From positions 31,267,967 to 31,331,966 of the forward strand of contig CM120640.1 of assembly GCA_051362555.1 (NCBI GenBank): 64,000 bases of DNA. The letters run 5' to 3'. Of this stretch, positions 56,401 to 64,000 are shown in pieces. Each line of letters starts with the position of its first letter. Within the stretch, counting starts at the first letter, position 1. Source of the stretch: Lingula anatina. Its lineage: Eukaryota; Animalia; Brachiopoda. Both the position numbers and the translations under genes were made by a program. A model generated the notes under the pieces. The model was given only the letters and a program-made list of their open reading frames with translations, made no database searches and was not told where the DNA came from.

Positions 56401-57535
56401 CACTATTTAAATAAAGTTGACATGCCATAGAATAAACCAAATAAATCAGTGAGTCAGCCAAAAAATAAAAATAAATAAATAAAAAATAGCTTGAAAACTG
56501 CACTTTTTTCAAATTTCTGGCCATAAACTTGACCTATTTATCTGTACCCCAAGTTTAAAAGTCTGCAAAAATTTAAAGTATGGTGTATTACTGTTGCACA
56601 TGTACATGCCACTGTTTTTTCCCCATGTATTTCTGTTTGCAGCACAGTGGCAATGCAAGAATAATTAGTATAATGGAGTAACAATCCTGGCTAAAAACGA
56701 TGCATAGACATAACAGATGACCCATGACCTCCCATGATGAAAAACAAGTTATTGTATGATGAGACAGAGGATGGGAGACTGATAATTTTAACAAGCTGTA
56801 CATGTCTAGCTGTAAAATAGTAAAACTGATCAATTATGTTTAGATTAGATATAAATGATTCCATTGCTCTTCGACCTTAAAATAATATTCTGCAGAATGG
56901 TACATGCACTAGGCAACAAATATGACACTGTTTAGTTTACACAACAGGGAATTACTTTTAAAATGGTCTTGCTTCTGACAGATACCTTTTACTTTGATAA
57001 CACAACAGTAAAAAAAGTCTGCGTGAATTAAAAGGTATGTTTCCTGGCTTCTGCTGATGTATGTATTGATCTCTTGTCTCTGTACAAAAACGTGGACCAT
57101 AAATAAACAGCAGGTAAGGTGGTTTGTGTTGAGTCACCAGGAACCACCCAAACAGGTTGTTATTGTTACACTTCCATTTGAGAAAAGTTCCAGTTCATAT
57201 GTCATTTTTTTAACACGATGCATCTCATGGAGTCAATTATCAACTGAATGAGGAAAGATTTCACATATGAAACAAAATTAAAGGAGAACATCTCCACCTT
57301 ACCTGACGCGACCACCGCACGACTGACAAGAAGTACCTGTCCAACCTGGAAAACATACACACTTCCCGTTTTTGCAGTTCCCATTTTCACACGAAACATC
57401 ACAGTTCTCTTTAGAGTCTGCAGGTATTAAATAGCTTGTAATTAATATCATGTACAGCACGATAGTCCCATATGATGTAAATTTCCGTCTATATTTGAAC
57501 AAAACTTGAAACTTAAATATTGTCACATCCTCCAT
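28335..57535 (-). CDS. ATRN: Attractin / attractin-like protein (EGF-CUB-EGF-Kelch-PSI-laminin EGF-TM-MASRPF tail), complete
   Basis: Exons: 57303-57535, 55328-55528, 52489-52623, 51930-52108, 51506-51674, 50931-51024, 49333-49549, 48677-48854, 48123-48277, 47677-47761, 47478-47542, 42258-42401, 41484-41596, ~40627-40744, 40169-~40306, 37961-38179, 37435-37635, 36753-36827, 36000-36065, 35457-35550, 34514-34566, 34246-34340, 33938-34007, 33585-33742, [one of three TM exons], 29723-29801, 29290-29448, 28755-28905, 28335-28444. Motifs: CUB ATECSWDHLYIYDGDS and FFSDAAYNISGFNISY; kelch GHT/YLHSA and VFGGNTHNDTSTSHGAKC; PSI YVASFPYGQCLEW; CQCNGHS; DYQFTFNLS; MASRPF; AIEP...AAVL...LPTG; GLAIGSALV; C-terminus DICV*. 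Confidence 0.96.
30694..30752 (-). CDS. ATRN: Attractin alternative TM exon C (IYFSQQVNVNLVNFFVVFF-S)
   Basis: ttccag|ATC TAC TTT TCA CAA ... TTT TTT AG|gtaagt; 59 nt, phase 0->2, consensus donor. Confidence 0.85.
31359..31435 (-). CDS. ATRN: Attractin alternative TM exon B (ISFQARYAYLFPIPINLPVFFGAFL-G)
   Basis: tttag|ATC TCA TTT CAA ... TTT CTT GG|gttagt; 77 nt, phase 0->2, open frame, hydrophobic C-terminal half. Confidence 0.75.
31713..31771 (-). CDS. ATRN: Attractin alternative TM exon A (ISFSQFPQIDLITFFVTFF-C)
   Basis: tttcag|ATC TCA TTT TCA CAG ... TTC TTT TG|gtatgt; 59 nt, phase 0->2. Closest of the three to the canonical attractin I.FSQ...DL..FFVTFFSCF. Confidence 0.9.
32056..32287 (+). 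mobile_element. Short, internally deleted copy of a second Helentron-type family
   Basis: Shares the 5' end GGCAGCAAAGCTGTCAAA and the 3' end GACAGAC...TGATGGCT.TATGTAC.GACACA..TGTGTCTGTACATA with the element at 42477-47125. Confidence 0.7.
41424..41476. repeat. (CA)n microsatellite
   Basis: About 26 uninterrupted CA units, beginning a few nt into the intron after the attractin exon at 41484-41596; reads (UG)n in the pre-mRNA. Confidence 0.98.
42477..47125 (+). mobile_element. Large Helentron-type (HINE-like) element, family 2, with composite internal tandem repeats
   Basis: 5' AACAAGGCAGCAAAGCTGTC hairpin plus subTIR ATGTACAGACA; 337-bp units (anchors at 45172, 45509, 45846); a duplicated block (about 44400-45150 vs 46150-46740); 161-bp units (46592, 46753, 46914); GACGGC/GAC microsatellite; 3' 14-bp-stem hairpin TATGTACAGACACA-TC-TGTGTCTGTACATA (47093-47122). 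The 5' kilobase is diverged and may be a separate, older copy. Confidence 0.7.
42638..42797 (+). mobile_element. MITE of about 160 bp (AGGGGCGGATCC-type ends, Harbinger-like)
   Basis: CAGGAGCAGATCCAGAAATATTTT...GACCCAGAAGATGGTCTCAATCCACCCCT; homologous over its length to 47920-48087. Confidence 0.65.
47920..48087 (+). mobile_element. MITE of about 170 bp, same family as 42638-42797
   Basis: CAGGGACGGATCCAGAGATATTTT...GACCCAGAAGACGGCCTCAATCTGCCCCTG; imperfect TIR CAGGG(A/G)C(G/A)GAT. Confidence 0.7.
50250..50655 (+). mobile_element. Decayed RTE-clade LINE 3' fragment
   Basis: An alternative frame reads ERCTLSIRLRDRKKMK*RREQIKVRNVLLTIQEMKWKWAGHVSRIKDVR*TIRLNEWSPRYGHRK, the RTE C-terminal signature (RDR....IR..T.V......KW.WAGH..R..D.RW....W.PR). 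Confidence 0.8.
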
Positions 57536-57789
57536 TTTTACTTTATCGCATATATTCGGGCATTTCCGTAACCGAAAATAGGCGATAGAGCAAGATAGGA
57601 GGCATCCTCTCTTTTTTCTTCAGCTCATGATAATTCAATCTTTAAAATGATTCATCTTATAAACAACTTTAATTATTTGTTTTTTTATATAAAATATTCG
57701 AATGAAATCTTCAACAAAATATATAACTTTATAATCTTAGTTGTCTCTTCATGTAACAGCGCCATCTTTTACAATGCTACACAACAAGC
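57536..57789. promoter_or_regulatory. Bidirectional promoter / 5' UTR region between attractin and NOC3L
   Basis: Divergent ATGs 254 bp apart. YY1-type CGCCATCTT at about 57760-57768 and ETS-like TTTCCG near 57563. Confidence 0.65.
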
Positions 57790-60700
57790 ATGGGTTCGGT
57801 AAGTTGTGTATAATGTGTCCATGTACATTACGGCTGACAATATAGCAATGTATGAGGCAATTACATTTGGCCTTGTTTGTACCGAAAAAATACTTTCATT
57901 GGGAGCATATAAGTAGTTATTTAATCCACCCGCCTCATATACTTGATTTCCTTCGTTTTTTTTTCTATATTTAATTAGCAAATACTTGGTAGTGCAGTGC
58001 AGGTACTAGTACTTTTCAGTACATGTACTTGTAACTGTAAGTTGTAACTTGGATCAGAGCCTCTGCTGTTCAGATACAGTAACCCAAGAAATTTATTTGA
58101 CATTTATCTACTGGCTTTTGAATGTTTTTACAAGGAAAATGTGGCCCATTCAAATATATTGAGAGCTGAGAAAATATTTGGGATGAAGATTTTAAAAGTT
58201 AATTGCCACACAATGTACAGCAGAAACTTTTATCAAAATTACCAGACATCTGAATTTAGAAAAACACAGAAAATCAAATTACACTTGTTTAAGGGAAATA
58301 TGCAGTATAAGTACCTTTATACTGCTAGGTGGACAAAGTTTCCTGTCTTCATTCACCTTAAGTATGAAGTATGTACATTTCACACATTACAGTGAAGGAC
58401 TCCTTATTTACAATTTCTGCTGTGTATAATATATATATATATATTACATATGTTCATGGCTATCCCAGCACCCCAAGCTCTCACTTTTCAAAAAATTGAT
58501 AAGTTGCCCAGCCGTCTTTGTAAATATTTGACATGGGCGTAACTAGGCATATTCATCAATTGTATATGAACAATTGTTTTGACCCTCCCCCTCTTGCATC
58601 TGGACTCCAAGTTAAATAAGGAGCTAGAGAAACAAAGGAAGAATTTTTCCTGCAAAGCTTCAAAGAATTTTGACACGGACTTGACCCAGCTTACCCCTCC
58701 AAACTAACAGGGTGACATGGGCAATTTTCACAAACAAATAATTAAACTTAGATGTATCAGAGCTCTGTCGTGTCATACAATTGGTTGTTTTTGGGAGCCA
58801 TGCATCTACATGAAAGGTGAATGAAACCATATGTTAGTTGAACTCAGAGGCAGATCCAAGATTATTCGAAGGGGGTTCCACGTATGCGAAGTTAGCCTCC
58901 TTTTAAATAAATATACCGTTCTGGGTAATAAGAATGTTGAAACTTTTTTAATTACGAGAATATTTCTGACTAAATGATGATTTTATTATTAGTGGATATT
59001 AAGGTGCGATGTGTGGCACATATGCTGTGATTACGCTGTCCTTCATCTGTTGCATTAGTCTACATTTTGCTGGGAATTTTAAAAATCTGTGCGTACTATT
59101 TTTAAAGGTCTGGTTATGCCCCTGTTTGACTGGGAAAAGCCTTAAGGGTCATATGATAAAGACATAAGAAAATCAAATTCTAGTCTATTTCAAAAAAAAT
59201 TATTGTATCTGTTACAAACTGGGGAATTTGAAAAGTCATTCACACATGTTTAAGAGATGTTTTTTAAAATTCTGCCATCCTTCCAAGTTCAATTTTCACA
59301 CTGATTAGACAGAAGGCAAGATTTTTCAGGAGGTAATAAATTTGAAGAATTTTTTAATTCATAGCATGTATCTATTTAAATATGATCAAAAAGTATTATT
59401 TGTCCTTGCATGAATCCATCCAGAAGTGGTTTATGTGTGCTTGAAATCCTATGCTTTTTTTATTTTATCTAAAGTGAGTTCATTGGGCTCCCTTCTATAT
59501 AGCAGCATATAAAATATACCTTTAAAAGTATGATACATGTAGCACATAATTTTCGATTGAACATGCAATTTTTAAAATTTATTTTTAGAAAACAAAAAGA
59601 GGAAAGGCAAAGAAAGCAGGGGCAAAAGTCAGTCATTACAAACTCTCTAACAAAAGACTTACAAAGTTAGCCAAACAAGGTAAATTGAAGAAGAATTTAA
59701 AGAAGAACAAACAGCTCATAGAACAGAAACTAAAGCAGCTGAAAGGAGGTAAAAATGCAGAGATCATACATCAATATTCTGACCTGGAAGAGGAAGATAG
59801 AGTGGACGTTGATGATGTGGAAATTTTTTCCAACCCTAACTGCAGTTTTGTGGAAGGAATTGCAAAAGGGTATGCTTCATTCATTAGTTTTATTGTAGTT
59901 GAACTATAGTTTTGTATGATATATATTTGGGGAAAACAAATAGATGTCTAAAAATTTACATTGCCCAAAACACAAAAAAATTAAGAGCAAGTCTTAGTCT
60001 AGATGTGTGTAAGATGTGAAATTGTATTGTTTCATCACAGTCACTATGGTTTTGCAAATGTGTTTTTCAAGGGTGAAAAGGCAGTCCTACAGTGATCCAG
60101 TGGCGCAGTATGAACAGGTGCCCAGGAGAATGCACCATGAGGAAGAACCAGTATTAAAGCCACTGCTGCCTATCAAGAGCAAACAAGGCCTTGTTGTTAG
60201 GATGGGAGTGCAAGAAGAAGATGAAAAGTCAAAAGAGGGTATGAATACAGAAACATTTTGATATATTACTGAATCCTTTTGATATATTAAAAATGCTCTA
60301 TGTTCTTAAAGCAATTACTCTTGTTGTCTATACTTGTTTCGTTATTTGCAGGTATCATTATGATTGATGAAAAGTGCCAAATTATCACAAGGAATGTTTT
60401 TCATATGATGAAATGAACATATTTTGTTGCGGCAGTTATAAACAGGGAACTCTGTGCCTTTAGCAAATAAAAACAATAATATCAACCAGAATTTCTTTTT
60501 TTTTCTTTAGACACTGTCATAAATGGAGATGCTGCTGAAGAAATACCAGAACCCTGTGAACCACTTCCAGCACTGAGTACAGCACAGTTGTTTGCACAGA
60601 GGCAAGAAAAACTGAGAGAAGTAAAGCATAAGATTGCACTGCTGGCTGGTGCTATCATTGAAAACCCAGAAGAAAATGTGAGAAAATAAATAAGTTTTAC

Positions 60701-63592
60701 CATTTTTTTTTATCTTCATCTCAATGAGCATAATTAGCTACAAGTATCTTTAGGACTGTTTACTTTCAAGTTCTTGATGGAAATTTCATTGGAAAACCAT
60801 TTGCAGTCACTAATATTCTGACCAGATGGGTAAAAAAATCGCAATTTGTGTTAATAGGTGATTGTGATATAATGATAGGATAGGCAAGCATTATGTAGAA
60901 GTCATGAAATATTGTTCATTTAGTGTTAACCTCAGTGCAATCCTGGAGATGTTTTTCAAATTATATAATATGATAATAATGAGTAATCCGTATTGTTACA
61001 GATGCGAAAACTTAAAGAACTAAGGGTGATGCTAGAGTTTCAAGATCCCCAGTTATTTATAACAGTACGTAAACTGGCCATGCTGTCACTGCTAGAGGTG
61101 TTCAAGGATATTATTCCTGGCTACAGAATAAGGCCTCCTACAGATAAAGAAAAAGAGCAGTCAGTAAGTAATTCTCGCATTGTTGTTTAAATCAATTATT
61201 AATCTGGATGCATAAAATACAAGGGATGTTATTCATTTTGAAGATCATTGTTGTGGTAGAGAAGATCATTAAATAATGTTGTAAGCAGTTTGATTTTACT
61301 TCATTTTGGTGTAAAAAACTTCAGTTTGGTGTAAAATGGATTTGAATACACCTTGTGAGTTATGATATTGTCATTTTTATGAGGTAGCTAGTTGTTGTTT
61401 ACTTACTTTTGGATATTACGCAGGACAAAGTGCTAGGCCATTTAGCATTGTGTCCAACTACTAAATTTAGCATCTGACATGGTGACATGGTGAAATATCA
61501 CTTAAATATCCAAGCTAAGTGTTGGACACTTAGATTACTTTGATTTGTTGATGAAATACAATTAGATAAAGCTAGCCAAGTTCTTACAACATTTACATCA
61601 TTACTGCATTTTTGTTGATATCTGTGTGTAGAATACAAACTGCTGCAAACTATGATGAATTGAATGCATCAGCTGTGCAGCCATCTTTGTCAATCATTTT
61701 TTTTTTTCAAAAACACTGTACTGTGTCATTTTGTATGACATCCAATACATATATAGGAATTATAGGAATTATTTAATAATTTCAACCAGTACCATTCAGG
61801 AAGACCATTTTTATTTTCAGTAGGTTGCAAATAAATAGATAAAAAAAATTGTGCTGAAACAGTCACTTGTATTGATGGTGAAAAAAGTGAACCTAGCAAA
61901 AACATTGCTAATTATAAAAGTAATTTTTTAATTAAAAAAATTATATTGACGTCTGTCTTGCAGAAACATCTCATTCACTCTGTTTATGTTACTTTATTTG
62001 TTTAATGTCTGTATGTGTACCTTCCATGATGTGTAGTTTTACTACTGGCTTTAAAAGCCCAAATGATAAATGGATTTTGGATATGTGAATAATCAGCAAT
62101 TATCTCCAGGCCTGCACATCAAAATTTTGCTTCAAAACATGTCTCTTTACAATAGTCTAATGTCTGTCATTTTTCTGTAATACATAAATAAGTTGAAGTT
62201 ACTATCTTAATGTGATTGGAAATTGTATTCTTTTATTAAACTGTATGTTTATCCCTACTTGCAGATGAAACTGGAAACCAAAAAAATCAGGGACTTTGAA
62301 GAAAGTCTAATTCACAACTACAAGCTTTATCTCCAGTTCTTGGAAAGAATGTCAACAGGAGTGAATGCCAAACCAACCAAGAAAAAAGCAAAATATATCA
62401 AAGAAAAGAATGCCTTTCCACAAGAGGCAGCAAAGGTTTGTTGTTGTTTTTTTCACAGGAGGCAATGAAGGTTGAATAATGTTAACATGAGTTTGTTAAG
62501 ATATTCTTTATGTTGCTGAGGCAGTTGTTCATTTTAATGAATTAATTTAAAATAATGATCTGTGAGCAAGAGAAATAAAAAGATTTATGTACCTCAAACA
62601 TGGATTATTGGCATCAGTATTCTAAAATAAACTACACAAAGGAAAATGTTTCTTATGTTTTGCCTCAGTGTAGAACTAGACTTTAAATTTACGTACATAT
62701 AGATTTTTGAGAATGTGAAGGTGATTAAGAGTATTTATTTTAACATAAACAAAATACATTGCTTTAGGTGCTACGAGAGCTGTCAGTTCATTGTATGTGT
62801 GATTTGCTGGTGACACATCAAAACTTCAACTTTAGAAGCAATCTTGTGACAGTGGTAGTGCCATTCATGAACCACAGGAATGTCAAGGTGAGGCATCAAG
62901 GCTGAAAAATATGGCAGACTGCCAGTGCAGCATTAAATTTAGCTAACAAAATTTGCCTACAAATATTGTTTTCTCTTAAAGCTACTTAATTTGAGATTGA
63001 ACAGCAAATTAAAATGAATTTTCTTTTCCATTTCTCAAAACCATTGCTTATCCCGTCCCTGCACTTGGATCAGATGTTTTTTTTTTTTTTTTTAATTTTA
63101 ATTTTTAATTTATTAATATATCATTCTAAATGACTAGCCAGTGCTTTAAATTTCCTGTACATTTCAAAAGGAACTATAGATATGACTTTGGGGAATTTTC
63201 AAACACTTACAGTATGCCTTTAAGCTCAAAATCCTTATGCAGTACATTAAGTAAGTCCCACCTCAAGTGGATTCTCAAATGCTTTCTACTCTCATATGGC
63301 ATCATGCGGTGGCAACAGCCTTGTATTAAAAGTTATTTTAGATGATTTCCAATATTATATAATAGAAGTTTAAAAAGACTTCCTATTAACCGATAAATTT
63401 ATTCTGTTTCTTTGATTTATCTAAATGTGTGCATATCTGCCATATTTGATGTCTAGTTGTTTTGAATAAATTTATTCACTAATTGAATTATTAATTCATT
63501 TACTTATTTGCACATTTCAGCTCTCTGACCATGTTTGTGAATGTGTTGAAAAGATTTTTAAATCAGACAAACTGGGAGAAGTAACACTTGAG
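57790..63592 (+). CDS. NOC3L: Nucleolar complex protein 3 homolog, 5' part (8 exons; continues beyond the window)
   Basis: Exons 57790-57798, 59589-59869, 60072-60238, 60511-60677, 61002-61163, 62265-62435, 62768-62887, 63521-63592 splice in frame. Motifs: [113 protein letters not shown]. The 9-nt first exon is the least certain. Confidence 0.95.
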
Positions 63593-64000
63593 GTAAATGT
63601 GACAATGTTTTATCTTTTCCTCACTTCCTCACTTAAAACACGGCTCTTATTAATTAGCACTTACCTCAGATCTATTCAGAGTTGACAATGCATAACAATT
63701 TTATTGACAGTTCTAGCATAAAAAAATCAAAAAGATCAAAATGTCCAAACTTTTCACTTTGATGTAATTTTGATGAATAAAAGAAGTTTTTATTCATGAA
63801 ACAGCCCCTTTAAGACTACCCTTTTTTGATTCCTGATCAAATTATATTGGTTAAATCAAGTGAGCCAAATTAAAACTTGTCTTTGTGTATGAAACAGTGC
63901 CTTGTTTTTACTACAGATACTGAGGCACATCTTGAATATATGATTGTATAAATCCACATGCAGTATGGTAATTCATTCATTTTGTGAACTCATTTTTTCA

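Overview
AT-rich, intron-rich animal genomic DNA. The repeat content suggests a lophotrochozoan invertebrate, probably a mollusc (inference). By hand-splicing I recognise four genes in two head-to-head pairs: MAK16 (-, 10 coding exons) with ADISSP/C20orf27 (+, 4 exons), and attractin (ATRN/ATRNL1-like, -, 29 exons per transcript) with NOC3L (+, running off the window). The best candidate for an undescribed system is in attractin. The exon encoding the juxtamembrane segment and first half of the transmembrane helix is present as three diverged tandem copies (31713-31771, 31359-31435, 30694-30752). All are phase 0->2 with intact splice sites, so only one at a time keeps the reading frame, implying mutually exclusive TM-switching isoforms. 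Second, ADISSP exon 3 (symmetric, 132 nt) is the loop of a ~1.9-kb near-perfect inverted repeat formed by two young Helentron-type non-autonomous elements that differ by 11 units of a 146-bp satellite. There is also a three-level nested transposon (TTAA-flanked Kolobok-like > CCC-terminal TIR element > Gypsy gag-protease relic), a second Helentron-type family, MITEs and LINE relics. Most ORFs in the supplied track are repeat or intron artefacts. All calls come from reading the sequence and recalled protein motifs; no database search was run.
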